32,000 nucleotides of DNA, from NCBI RefSeq assembly GCF_016127575.1, contig NZ_CP066018.1:3960001-3992000 (forward strand), in the 5' to 3' direction. This DNA is from Cupriavidus necator (GTDB taxonomy: Bacteria > Pseudomonadota > Gammaproteobacteria > Burkholderiales > Burkholderiaceae). Under the pieces are notes generated by a model that saw only the letters and a list, made by a program, of their open reading frames with translations, was not told the DNA's origin and did not search any database. The first letter of the stretch is position 1. Every line of letters begins with the position of its first letter. Below, piece after piece: positions 16,680-24,823 of this stretch. Both the position numbers and the translations under genes were made by a program.

Positions 16680-17516
16680 GTGACGCCCGATCAGTATTGC
16701 CAAGAGAAAGTCGCCCAGAGCGGCTCGAGCTTCTATTACAGCTTCCTGTTCCTGCCGGCCGAGCGCCGCCGCGCCATCACCGCGCTGTACGCCTGGTGCC
16801 GCGAAGTCGACGACGTGGTCGACGACAGCCATGACGCAGGCCTGGCCCACCAGCAGCTGGACTGGTGGCGCGCCGAACTGCGCCGCCTGTTCGAGGGCGA
16901 GCCGACCCACCCGACCACCAAGGCCCTGCAGCCGCATGTGCGCAGCGCCGGCCTGCCCCAGGGCGAGATGTCCGAAGTGCTGGAAGGCATGGAAATGGAC
17001 CTGACCCAGACCCGCTACCTGGACGAGCCCGGGCTGGCCCGCTACTGCCATTGCGTGGCCGGCGTGGTCGGCACGCTCAGCGCGCGGCTGTTCGGCTATA
17101 CCGACCCGCAGACGCTGGTGTTTGCCGAGAGGCTTGGCCAGTCGCTGCAACTGGTCAATATCCTGCGCGACGTCGGCGAGGACGCGCGGCGCGGGCGCAT
17201 CTACCTGCCGGTCAATACCCTGCAGCAGTTCCAGGTGCCTGCATCCGAGATCCTGAAGGGTCAGCATTCCGAGCGCTTTGTCGCGCTGATGCAGTACCAC
17301 GCCGGCCGTGCCCGCGCGCTGTACCATGAGGCACTGGCGCTGCTGCCGAAGCAGGACCGCCGCGCCCAGCGTGCCGGCCTGCTGATGGGCGCGATCTACC
17401 ACGCGCTGCTCGACGAACTGGAAGCCAGCCAGTTCCAGGTGCTGAACCAGCGCATCGCGCTGACCCCGCTGCGCAAGCTGTGGATTGCCTGGAAGACCTG
17501 GGTGCGCAACAGCTAG
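16680..17516 (+). CDS. Squalene/phytoene synthase family protein, presqualene diphosphate synthase (HpnD)-like
   Basis: ORF 16509..17516. Start set to GTG 16680 (VTPDQYCQEKVAQSGSSFYYSFLFLP, the usual N-terminus of this family). Asp-rich motifs YAWCREVDDVVDD and NILRDVGEDARRGRIYLP are present. Confidence 0.8.
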   Translation: MTPDQYCQEKVAQSGSSFYYSFLFLPAERRRAITALYAWCREVDDVVDDSHDAGLAHQQLDWWRAELRRLFEGEPTHPTTKALQPHVRSAGLPQGEMSEVLEGMEMDLTQTRYLDEPGLARYCHCVAGVVGTLSARLFGYTDPQTLVFAERLGQSLQLVNILRDVGEDARRGRIYLPVNTLQQFQVPASEILKGQHSERFVALMQYHAGRARALYHEALALLPKQDRRAQRAGLLMGAIYHALLDELEASQFQVLNQRIALTPLRKLWIAWKTWVRNS

Positions 17517-17559
17517 CGTCCTGCTCTCTTTTCTGTCCGACCCGCCAAGCCGTACCGCC

Positions 17560-18822
17560 ATGACGCAGACATCCGCCTCCCTCGGCGACACCATCCTTGC
17601 CCACGCCGACCAGCTCGCCAGTTTCTCCGACATGGAAGGCGGCCTCACCTGCGCCTACCTGACCCCGGCCCACCGCGCCGCGCAGGCCCGGCTTGCGCAG
17701 TGGATGGAGGCGGCCGGCATGCAGGTGCGGATCGACGCCATCGGCAACGTCATCGGCCGCTATGCGGCCGACCCGGCCGTGCCCGACGCGCGCGTGCTGA
17801 TGACCGGCTCGCACTTCGACACCGTGCGCAATGGCGGGCGCTATGACGGACGGCTTGGCATCGTGCTGCCGATCGCCGTGGTCGGCGCGCTCAACCAGGC
17901 CGGCATCCGCCTGCCCTATCACTTTGAAGTGGTGGGGTTCGCCGAAGAGGAAGGCCTGCGCTTCAAGACCAGCTTCCTGGCCAGCAGCGTGTTGGCGGGC
18001 CGCTTCGATCCCACCCTGCTGGAGCGCCAGGACGCGGACGGCATCACGCTGCGCGAGGCGCTGGCGGCATCGGACCTGCCCGGCGCGGGCGATCTGCAGG
18101 CCCTGCGCGCCGCCGCGGTCGATCCGGCGTCGCTGCTGGGCTTTGTCGAAGTGCATATCGAGCAGGGCCCGGTGCTGCTGCACCACGGCCTGCCGCTGGG
18201 CGTGGTCACCCAGATCGCGGGCAGCAGCCGCTTTGCGGTGCGGGTCGAAGGCCTGGCCAGCCACGCCGGCACCACGCCGATGGGCATGCGCCGCGACGCC
18301 GCCGCGGGCGCGGCGGAGATGATCCTGCTGGTGGAGCAGCGCTGCACGGCGGCGCCGACGCTGGTCGGTACGGTGGGTCAGCTGCAGGTGCCCAACGGGT
18401 CGAGCAATGTCATCCCGGCGGCCTGCACCTTCTCGATGGATATTCGCGCCGGCGAGGATAGCATCCGCGAGGCCGCCATCGCCGACATCGTGGCCGGCAT
18501 CGGCCAGATCGCGGAACGGCGCGGGCTGGCCGCCCAGGTGGAGCGCGTGCCGCCGGTCAACAACGCGCCGTGCGCGCGCTGGCTGATGGACCAGTTCGGG
18601 GCGGTGCTGAAGAAGCGCGGGCTGCAGGCCTTCGAGCTGCCCTCCGGCGCCGGCCACGACGCCATGATGATGCAGCGCATCACCGACGTGGCCATGCTGT
18701 TCGTGCGTTGCGGCAACGGCGGCATCAGCCACAACCCGCTGGAAACCATCACGGCGGAGGATGCCCAGCTGGCGGCGGAGGTCTTCGTGGATTTCCTGCG
18801 GCACTTCCAGCCGCGCGGCTAA
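17560..18822 (+). CDS. M20-family Zn-dependent hydrolase, hydantoinase/carbamoylase (AllC/AmaB) type, second paralogue
   Basis: ORF 17485..18822, start set to ATG 17560. Motifs GSHFDTVRNGGRYDG, AEEEGLRF and ISHNPLE align by eye with the protein encoded at 3564..4811. Confidence 0.85.
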   Translation: MTQTSASLGDTILAHADQLASFSDMEGGLTCAYLTPAHRAAQARLAQWMEAAGMQVRIDAIGNVIGRYAADPAVPDARVLMTGSHFDTVRNGGRYDGRLGIVLPIAVVGALNQAGIRLPYHFEVVGFAEEEGLRFKTSFLASSVLAGRFDPTLLERQDADGITLREALAASDLPGAGDLQALRAAAVDPASLLGFVEVHIEQGPVLLHHGLPLGVVTQIAGSSRFAVRVEGLASHAGTTPMGMRRDAAAGAAEMILLVEQRCTAAPTLVGTVGQLQVPNGSSNVIPAACTFSMDIRAGEDSIREAAIADIVAGIGQIAERRGLAAQVERVPPVNNAPCARWLMDQFGAVLKKRGLQAFELPSGAGHDAMMMQRITDVAMLFVRCGNGGISHNPLETITAEDAQLAAEVFVDFLRHFQPRG

Positions 18823-18868
18823 GCGCCACAGTGGCGTACCATGGAGGGCGCGGCACGATAAGAACGGA

Positions 18869-19216
18869 TCAGCCGCCCTGGTAGATATCGCGCCCGAAGT
18901 CGTAAAGGTTCTTGCGCAGCTTGCGGCGCTCGTCCGGCGACAGGCGCGAGCCGCCGCGTTCGTCACCGCGCCGGCGCTCGGCGTCGCGCTGCTCGGCGCG
19001 ATGGCGCTCGGCACGGGCCCGCGCCTCGCGCTGGCTGTTGCCGGGATCGCTGGCCTGGGTCGACGGGTGGCGCTTGAGCAGGTTGGCCATGCCGGCCGAT
19101 TGCGCCTGCACCGTCCCGGCCGGAATGCACAGCGCCAGCACGGCCAGCGCCAGCGCAAGGCAGGCGCCGGCGATACCATGCTGCGGATGCCCGTGCCGGG
19201 TTCGGTTCACTTTCAT
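18869..19216 (-). CDS. Small periplasmic Arg/Glu-rich protein, function unknown
   Basis: C-terminal 115 codons of ORF 18869..19453. Start set to ATG 19216, giving a signal peptide MKVNRTRHGHPQHGIAGACLALALAVLALCIPAGTVQA/QS. The mature part is highly charged (REARARAERHRAEQRDAERRRGDERGGSRLSPDERRKLRKNLYDF). GC3 is high in this frame. No SD is visible. Confidence 0.55.
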   Translation of the reverse strand: MKVNRTRHGHPQHGIAGACLALALAVLALCIPAGTVQAQSAGMANLLKRHPSTQASDPGNSQREARARAERHRAEQRDAERRRGDERGGSRLSPDERRKLRKNLYDFGRDIYQGG

Positions 19217-19469
19217 TGATAATGGCGATCTTTGGCTTCGGGAAAAAGCAGTCTTTGGACAGACTGGACGGACTGCCCTGAAGCCGGGAATTCCGGTACC
19301 CCGTCCGGCGCCGCACCCTCTGCAAGCATCGCGCCAGCGCGGGCGAGGCAGGCTGGGCGAGGCAGTGGCTCGTCTGGTGCAAATGCGTGGAAATCTGCCG
19401 CGCATGGCGCCCAAAAAGACGGATTGCGCAGTGTAATCGCACGATTGGTGCACACTGCCATACCACGGG

Positions 19470-19493
19470 GTAAAGTATGTAACGTTTTGTTAA
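19470..19493 (+). promoter_or_regulatory. Three phased direct repeats GTAAA / GTAAC / GTTAA (9- and 10-nt spacing) upstream of ompR; candidate OmpR-family binding sites
   Basis: Read directly as GTAAAgtatGTAACgttttGTTAA. OmpR-family regulators bind tandem direct repeats at about 10-bp phasing. Assigning these sites to OmpR is inference. Confidence 0.25.
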
Positions 19494-19520
19494 GCCATTT
19501 TGAGCGAAAGCGATAGTCGC

Positions 19521-19526
19521 TAAGAT
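19521..19526 (+). promoter_or_regulatory. -10-like hexamer TAAGAT, 6 nt upstream of the ompR ATG
   Basis: TAAGAT-accgcc-ATG. No SD lies between them. A -35-like TTGAGC sits at 15-nt spacing. This is compatible with a leaderless or very short-leader ompR mRNA. Confidence 0.25.
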
Positions 19527-19532
19527 ACCGCC

Positions 19533-20255
19533 ATGGAAAATACCAGCCACAAGATTCTTGTCGTCGACGATGACCCGCGTCTGCGCGATTTGCTGCGCCG
19601 CTATCTGGGCGAACAGGGTTTCACCGTGTTGGTGGCGGAAAACGCCACCGCGATGAACAAGCTCTGGCTGCGCGAGCGTTTCGACCTGCTGGTGCTGGAC
19701 CTGATGATGCCGGGTGAAGACGGCCTGTCGATCTGCCGCCGGCTGCGCGGGGCCAATGACCAGACCCCGATCATCATGCTCACCGCCAAGGGCGAGGACG
19801 TGGACCGCATCGTCGGCCTGGAGATGGGCGCCGACGACTACCTGCCCAAACCCTTCAACCCGCGCGAACTGATTGCGCGCATCCACGCGGTGCTGCGCCG
19901 CAAGGGCCCGGCCGAAGTGCCCGGCGCCCCGTCGGAAACGCCCGAGACCTTCGCCTTCGGCGACTTCGTGCTGAACCTGGCCACGCGCACGCTGACCAAG
20001 AACGACGAGGAAATCACGCTGACCACCGGCGAGTTCTCGGTCCTCAAGGTGTTCGCCCGCCATCCGCGCCAGCCGCTGTCGCGCGAGAAGCTGATGGAAA
20101 TGGCGCGCGGCCGTGAATATGAAGTCTTCGACCGCAGCCTGGACGTGCAGATCTCGCGCCTGCGCAAGCTGATCGAGCCGGACCCGAGCAACCCCCGTTT
20201 TATCCAGACGGTGTGGGGCCTGGGCTACGTCTTCATCCCCGATGGCGTGAAGTAA
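19533..20255 (+). CDS. ompR: Two-component response regulator OmpR
   Basis: MENTSHKILVVDDDPRLRDLLRRYLGEQGF...MMPGEDGLSICRRLR...TAKGEDVDRIVGLEMGADDYLPKPFNPRELIARIHAVLRR...IQTVWGLGYVFIPDG is collinear with, and highly similar to, E. coli OmpR over its whole length. Confidence 0.92.
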   Translation: MENTSHKILVVDDDPRLRDLLRRYLGEQGFTVLVAENATAMNKLWLRERFDLLVLDLMMPGEDGLSICRRLRGANDQTPIIMLTAKGEDVDRIVGLEMGADDYLPKPFNPRELIARIHAVLRRKGPAEVPGAPSETPETFAFGDFVLNLATRTLTKNDEEITLTTGEFSVLKVFARHPRQPLSREKLMEMARGREYEVFDRSLDVQISRLRKLIEPDPSNPRFIQTVWGLGYVFIPDGVK

Positions 20256-20279
20256 CCGATTACGGCCGCTGTTCCCATC

Positions 20280-21629
20280 GTGGCGACCGTTATCGGCAGA
20301 ACCGCAACGCGGTTCTTTGGTTCGCTGTTCTGGCGAACCTTCATGCTTATCGCCCTGCTGCTGGCGATTTCGCTGGGCATCTGGTTCCAGAGCTACCGGC
20401 TGTTCGAACGCGCCCCGCGCGCGCAGCAGATCGCCATGCAGGTGGTCAGCGTGGTCAAGCTCACGCGCGCCGCGCTGCTCTATTCCGACCCCGCGCGGCG
20501 GCGCTTCCTGCTGCTCGACCTGGTGCAGAACGAAGGCATCAAGGTCTATCCGCGCGAGAAGGACGACGACTTCGCCGCGCCCACCGCCAACCCGTTCCTG
20601 ACCACCCTGGTGCAGCAGGAGATCCGCAGCCGCCTGGGCGAGGACACGGTGCTGGCCACCACCGTCAACGACATTCCCGGCGTGTGGGTCAGCTTCGAGA
20701 TCGAGGGCGACGACTACTGGGTGGCGATCAGCCCCGAGCGCTTCGAGCGCGTGCCCGGCATCCAGTGGCTGTGGTGGAGTATTGCCGCGCTGCTGCTGTC
20801 GATCATCGGCGCGGCCTTTATCACCGCGCGCGTCAACTACCCGCTCAAGCGGCTGGCCAACGCCGCCCGCGCGATCGGCGCCGGCGGCGACCCGCCGCCG
20901 CTGCCCGAGCACGGCGCCAGTGAGGTGGCGCTGGCCAACCACAGCTTCAATCAGATGGTGCGCGACCTGCGCCAGCTCGACGACGACCGCGTGGTGATGC
21001 TGGCCGGCATCTCGCACGACCTGCGCACGCCGCTGACGCGCCTGCGCCTGGAAACCGAGATGTCGCCGATGGACACCCCCACGCGCGACGCCATGATCGC
21101 CGACATCGAGCAGATGGACGCTATCATCGGACAGTTCCTCAACTACGCGCGCCCGCCGCTGGAAACCGTGGAACCGGTTGACCTGTCGGCGCTGGTGCAC
21201 GATGCCGTGGGCGTCTACGCCGCGCACGACGACGTGCGCGTGCACGTGCGCGCCAATGAGCCGGTGATGGCCGTGGCCAACCGCATGGAAGTGCAGCGCA
21301 TCCTGGACAACCTGGTCGAGAACGCGCGCCGCTATGCCAAGGACGAGCAAAGCGGCATGGCCGTGGTCGAGATCTCGACGCGCGTGGACGACAAGGAAGC
21401 CGTGCTGACCGTGGCCGACCACGGCAACGGCGTGCCCGACGGCCAGCTGTCGCTGCTGACGCGGCCCTTCTACCGGCTCGACGCCGCGCGCAGCGAGGCC
21501 AAGGGCGCCGGGCTGGGCATGTCCATCGTCAACCGCATCATGCAGCGCAACGGCGGCCGGCTGCTGCTGGCCAACCGCCCCGCCCCGGCCACGGGGCTGG
21601 TGGTCAGCGCCTGCTTCCGGCGCGCCTGA
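20280..21629 (+). CDS. envZ: Osmolarity-type sensor histidine kinase EnvZ
   Basis: GTG start 24 nt after the ompR stop. Two TM segments flank a periplasmic domain. HAMP region, H-box GISHDLRTPLTRLRL, N-box DNLVENARRYA and G-boxes DHGNGVP / GAGLGMSIV are present. Confidence 0.85.
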   Translation: MATVIGRTATRFFGSLFWRTFMLIALLLAISLGIWFQSYRLFERAPRAQQIAMQVVSVVKLTRAALLYSDPARRRFLLLDLVQNEGIKVYPREKDDDFAAPTANPFLTTLVQQEIRSRLGEDTVLATTVNDIPGVWVSFEIEGDDYWVAISPERFERVPGIQWLWWSIAALLLSIIGAAFITARVNYPLKRLANAARAIGAGGDPPPLPEHGASEVALANHSFNQMVRDLRQLDDDRVVMLAGISHDLRTPLTRLRLETEMSPMDTPTRDAMIADIEQMDAIIGQFLNYARPPLETVEPVDLSALVHDAVGVYAAHDDVRVHVRANEPVMAVANRMEVQRILDNLVENARRYAKDEQSGMAVVEISTRVDDKEAVLTVADHGNGVPDGQLSLLTRPFYRLDAARSEAKGAGLGMSIVNRIMQRNGGRLLLANRPAPATGLVVSACFRRA

Positions 21630-21668
21630 GCGTCAGCTGAGCGCGGCCTGAGCGCCATCCGCGGCGCA

Positions 21669-21697
21669 TTGACAGGTTTTCGACAGCATTTGATAGC
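21669..21697 (+). promoter_or_regulatory. Possible sigma-70 promoter: consensus -35 TTGACA, 17-nt spacer, GATAGC
   Basis: A perfect TTGACA at 21669..21674 in the envZ-MFS intergenic region. The -10 is poor (GATAGC/TGATAG). It would give a leader of about 160 nt for the MFS gene. Confidence 0.3.
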
Positions 21698-21864
21698 CTT
21701 CTGAAAGGCATTCGTCAGGGCAATGACAGGGTCGCGGCGCACACTGGCGCCCGTCATCAGGCGCGCGGCGAAATCCTTCCCACACGGCGTGACCCGCGCA
21801 CGCCTGGCTGACTTCTCCGAACCATCATGCCGCCGGGACCGCCGGCGGTGCCTGAGAGACAGCC

Positions 21865-23166
21865 ATGTCAGATACCTCCGCAGCTACCCCCGCCGGGCAG
21901 CACGGGTTCCGCACCGTGTTCCGCGTCGTCAGCGGCAACTTCCTGGAAATGTATGACTTCATGGTGTACGGCTTCTACGCGGCCGCCATCGCCAGGACCT
22001 TCTTTCCCAGCGGCAACGAGTTCGCCTCGCTGATGCTTTCGCTCGCCACCTTTGGAGCGGGCTTCCTGATGCGGCCGCTGGGTGCGATCGTGCTGGGCGC
22101 CTACATCGACCGCCATGGCCGCCGCAAGGGCCTGATCATGACGCTGGCGCTGATGGCCATGGGCACGTTGCTGATTGCCTGCGTGCCGGGCTACGCCACC
22201 ATTGGCGTGGCCGCGCCGCTGCTGGTATTGGCCGGGCGCCTGCTGCAGGGCTTCTCCGCGGGTGTTGAGCTGGGCGGCGTCTCGGTCTACCTGTCGGAAA
22301 TCGCCAGGCCTGGCCGCAAGGGCTTCTATGTCGCGTGGCAATCGGGCAGCCAGCAGGTGGCGGTGATCTTCGCCGGCCTGCTGGGCGTGATCCTGCACGC
22401 CACGCTGGCTCCGGCGCAAATGGATGAATGGGGCTGGCGCATTCCCTTCCTGGTGGGCTGCCTGATCGTGCCGTTCCTGTTCCTGATCCGCCGTTCGCTG
22501 GAAGAGACCGAGGCCTTCAAGGCGCGCAAGCACCGCCCCGCCATCGACGAGATCTACCGCTCGATGCTGGACAACTGGCGCATCATCCTGGCCGGCTGCA
22601 TGATGGTGGTGATGACCACGGTGTCGTTCTACATGATCACCGCATACACGCCGACCTTCGGCAAGACCGTGCTGAAGCTGGACGACACCGACAACCTGAT
22701 CGTCACCATGTGCGTGGGCCTGTCCAACTTCATCTGGCTGCCGCTGATGGGCGCGCTGTCGGACCGCATCGGACGCAAGCCACTGCTGGTGTTCTTCACC
22801 GTGGCAACGCTGCTGACCGCGTACCCCGCCGTGTCATGGCTGGTGGCCGAGCCGTCGTTCTCGCGGCTGCTGATGGTGGAGCTGTGGCTGTCGTTCCTGT
22901 ACGGCAGTTATAACGGCGCCATGGTGGTGGCGCTGACCGAGATCATGCCGCCCGCGGTGCGCACCACCGGCTTCTCGCTGGCCTACAGCCTGGCCACGGC
23001 GCTGTTCGGCGGCTTCACCCCGGCAATCTCGACCTGGCTGATCCACGCCACCGGCAACAAGGCGGCGCCGGGGCTGTGGCTGATGTTCGCCGCGCTGTGC
23101 GGACTGGTTGCCACGCTGGTGATCTTCCGGGCGCAACGAGTGGAGCCCGTCATGCATCCGGCCTGA
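21865..23166 (+). CDS. MFS metabolite:H+ symporter, citrate/tricarballylate type (CitA/TcuC-like)
   Basis: 433 aa, collinear with enterobacterial citrate-proton symporters. Matching segments include [75 protein letters not shown] and [14 protein letters not shown]. Confidence 0.85.
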   Translation: MSDTSAATPAGQHGFRTVFRVVSGNFLEMYDFMVYGFYAAAIARTFFPSGNEFASLMLSLATFGAGFLMRPLGAIVLGAYIDRHGRRKGLIMTLALMAMGTLLIACVPGYATIGVAAPLLVLAGRLLQGFSAGVELGGVSVYLSEIARPGRKGFYVAWQSGSQQVAVIFAGLLGVILHATLAPAQMDEWGWRIPFLVGCLIVPFLFLIRRSLEETEAFKARKHRPAIDEIYRSMLDNWRIILAGCMMVVMTTVSFYMITAYTPTFGKTVLKLDDTDNLIVTMCVGLSNFIWLPLMGALSDRIGRKPLLVFFTVATLLTAYPAVSWLVAEPSFSRLLMVELWLSFLYGSYNGAMVVALTEIMPPAVRTTGFSLAYSLATALFGGFTPAISTWLIHATGNKAAPGLWLMFAALCGLVATLVIFRAQRVEPVMHPA

Positions 23167-23250
23167 ACACGGCTGGTTGAACTCGCCGCAATCGTCACCA
23201 ACTTGCCATAAGCGGGCCCAGCGCGCATGGCATACTTGCCCTTCCGCATC

Positions 23251-23278
23251 GAAGCCGCCTGGCTGATGCCGCGGCTTC
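23251..23278 (+). terminator. Terminator-like hairpin GAAGCCGC-N12-GCGGCTTC downstream of the MFS gene
   Basis: Perfect 8-bp stem 85 nt after the stop codon. No U tract follows, so support is weak. Confidence 0.25.
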
Positions 23279-23461
23279 CCATGCCGGGATTCGCTCCAGG
23301 CGTCACATGGCTTGCCTATCGGGCTCTTTGAGAATATCAATTAGCCCGGCACCTGGTGATGACGCATAATCACGTTTTGTCGCGGTAAGCCGCGTAGCCG
23401 GCCCACGCCAGCCGCGCGGCAGCAGCACCGCTCTCATTGCAACCGTATCAGGAGATAGTCT

Positions 23462-24010
23462 ATGAAGACCGTTGGTGACAAGCTCGAAGCCTTCCACGTC
23501 GTCGGTGTCAAGCCGGGTTTCAACAATCACGAAGAGAACGGCCAGTCGGCTTTCGAAGACATCACCGAAAAGTCGTTCGAAGGCAAGTGGAAGATCATCT
23601 ACTTCTACCCGAAGGACTTCACCTTCGTCTGCCCGACCGAAATCGTTGCCTTCGCCAAGCTGAACGGCGACTTCGCCGACCGCGACGCGATCGTGCTGGG
23701 CGGCTCGACCGACAACGAATTCGTCAAGCTGGCATGGCGCCGCGAACACAAGGACCTGAACAAGCTGAACCAGTGGCAGTTCGCCGACGTGACCGGTTCG
23801 CTGATCGACCAGCTGGGCGTGCGTGACCACGCTGCCGGCGTTGCCCTGCGCGCGACCTTCATCGTCGACCCGGACAACGTGATCCAGCATGTGTCGGTGA
23901 ACAACCTGAACGTGGGCCGCAACCCGGAAGAAGTCCTGCGTATCCTGGACGGCCTGCAAACGGACGAGCTGTGCCCGTGCAACCGTGCCGTTGGTGGCGC
24001 CACGCTGTAA
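23462..24010 (+). CDS. ahpC: Peroxiredoxin AhpC (AhpD-dependent, mycobacterial-type)
   Basis: SD AGGAGA upstream. Peroxidatic Cys in FTFVCPTEI. C-terminal DELCPCN corresponds to the Cys174/Cys176 pair of M. tuberculosis AhpC (DELCACN). Confidence 0.92.
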   Translation: MKTVGDKLEAFHVVGVKPGFNNHEENGQSAFEDITEKSFEGKWKIIYFYPKDFTFVCPTEIVAFAKLNGDFADRDAIVLGGSTDNEFVKLAWRREHKDLNKLNQWQFADVTGSLIDQLGVRDHAAGVALRATFIVDPDNVIQHVSVNNLNVGRNPEEVLRILDGLQTDELCPCNRAVGGATL

Positions 24011-24045
24011 TTTGCTATCAGTCGCCAGACACACCTTGGCGATTC

Positions 24046-24093
24046 GCGGAGGGCGCTGCCCTCCGCATCAAAACCCGCTTGCGCGGGTTTTTT
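24046..24093 (+). terminator. Two tandem hairpins between ahpC and ahpD; the second is a canonical intrinsic terminator
   Basis: Hairpin 1 is GCGGAGGGC-gct-GCCCTCCGC (24046..24066). Hairpin 2 is AAAACCCGC-ttgc-GCGGGTTTT with a run of 6 T (24070..24093). ahpD starts at 24119. Confidence 0.7.
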
Positions 24094-24118
24094 GGGCCCG
24101 TATCGATAGGAGAAATAA

Positions 24119-24637
24119 ATGGAATTCATCAGCACGATTAAGAATCTCATCCCCGATTACGCCAAGGACATCCGCCTGAACGTGGACGGCACCATCGCGC
24201 GCTCTTCGCTGGAAGGCAACGATGCGGTCGGCGTGGCACTGGCGGCGGCATTTGCGGCGCAGAGCAAGGTGCTGGTGGATGCCATCCGCAACGCCGGCGT
24301 GCTGTCGCCCGAGGAAACCAACGGCGCGCAGACCGCGGCCGCGCTGATGGGCATGAACAACACCTGGTACCCGTACGTCGAAATGGCCGACGATCCCGAC
24401 CTGGCCAGCCAGCCGGCCGGCCTGCGCATGAACGCCTATGCCACCCATGGCGGCGTGGACAAGCGCCGTTTCGAGATGTACGCACTGGCCGCCTCGATCG
24501 TGGGCAAGTGCCACTTCTGCGTGAAGTCGCACTACCAGCTGCTGAAGAATGAACAGGGCATGACCGCGCAGCAACTGCGCGATGTCGGCCGCATTGCCGC
24601 CGTGATCGTGGCCGCCGCCAACGTGATCGCCGCGTAA
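24119..24637 (+). CDS. ahpD: Alkyl hydroperoxide reductase AhpD (carboxymuconolactone decarboxylase family)
   Basis: SD AGGAGA 5 nt upstream. Active-site CxxC-xxx-H motif (GKCHFCVKSH). Sits immediately downstream of ahpC. Confidence 0.9.
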   Translation: MEFISTIKNLIPDYAKDIRLNVDGTIARSSLEGNDAVGVALAAAFAAQSKVLVDAIRNAGVLSPEETNGAQTAAALMGMNNTWYPYVEMADDPDLASQPAGLRMNAYATHGGVDKRRFEMYALAASIVGKCHFCVKSHYQLLKNEQGMTAQQLRDVGRIAAVIVAAANVIAA

Positions 24638-24701
24638 TAAGCCCCGCCACAGCGCGCCCCCGCGCCCTCCGCGGCGCCCTGCCACGGGCGCCGTAGCACA
24701 G

Positions 24702-24735
24702 CAGCCGGCAGCTTCCCATCAGGAGTTGCCGGCTG
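24702..24735 (+). terminator. Long hairpin downstream of ahpD (terminator-like, weak U tract)
   Basis: CAGCCGGCA / TGCCGGCTG gives a perfect 9-bp stem, extendable to about 14 bp with G-U pairs and a 6-nt loop. It is followed by TTCCC. Confidence 0.35.
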
Positions 24736-24788
24736 TTCCCATCCTGCAACCGCCCCGCGCCAGGGCTGCACAGGTGCGGCGATCAGCC

Positions 24789-24794
24789 TACAAT
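24789..24794 (+). promoter_or_regulatory. -10 box TACAAT (context CCTACAATCC) upstream of the GNAT gene
   Basis: Lies 29 nt upstream of ATG 24824. This is the third copy of CTACAATCC in the window. Confidence 0.4.
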
Positions 24795-24823
24795 CCAGGC
24801 AGGACACGCACTTTCAGGCTGCC

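Noticed and set aside
16296-17648. N-terminal ~450 codons of the 836-aa ORF 15138..17648
   Set aside because: Only the C-terminal 385 aa, from the lipoprotein signal peptide MPPRHLGRGVTVAALLMASLLALTGC, look like an RND adaptor. The upstream part crosses the intergenic region and is antisense to the hpnD-like gene.
18963-21422. 819-aa minus-strand ORF across ompR-envZ, with similar ones over mfd and argE (28019..30316, 29941..31704)
   Set aside because: They are antisense to genes that are collinear with well-known proteins (OmpR, EnvZ, Mfd, ArgE). They are high-GC shadow ORFs.
23300-23461. OxyR operator upstream of ahpC
   Set aside because: I looked for the ATAG-N7-CTAT-N7-ATAG-N7-CTAT pattern and found only fragments (CTAT…ATCA…TTAG). 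The GTGAT-N8-ATCAC repeat is noted in the findings, but I cannot assign it to OxyR.
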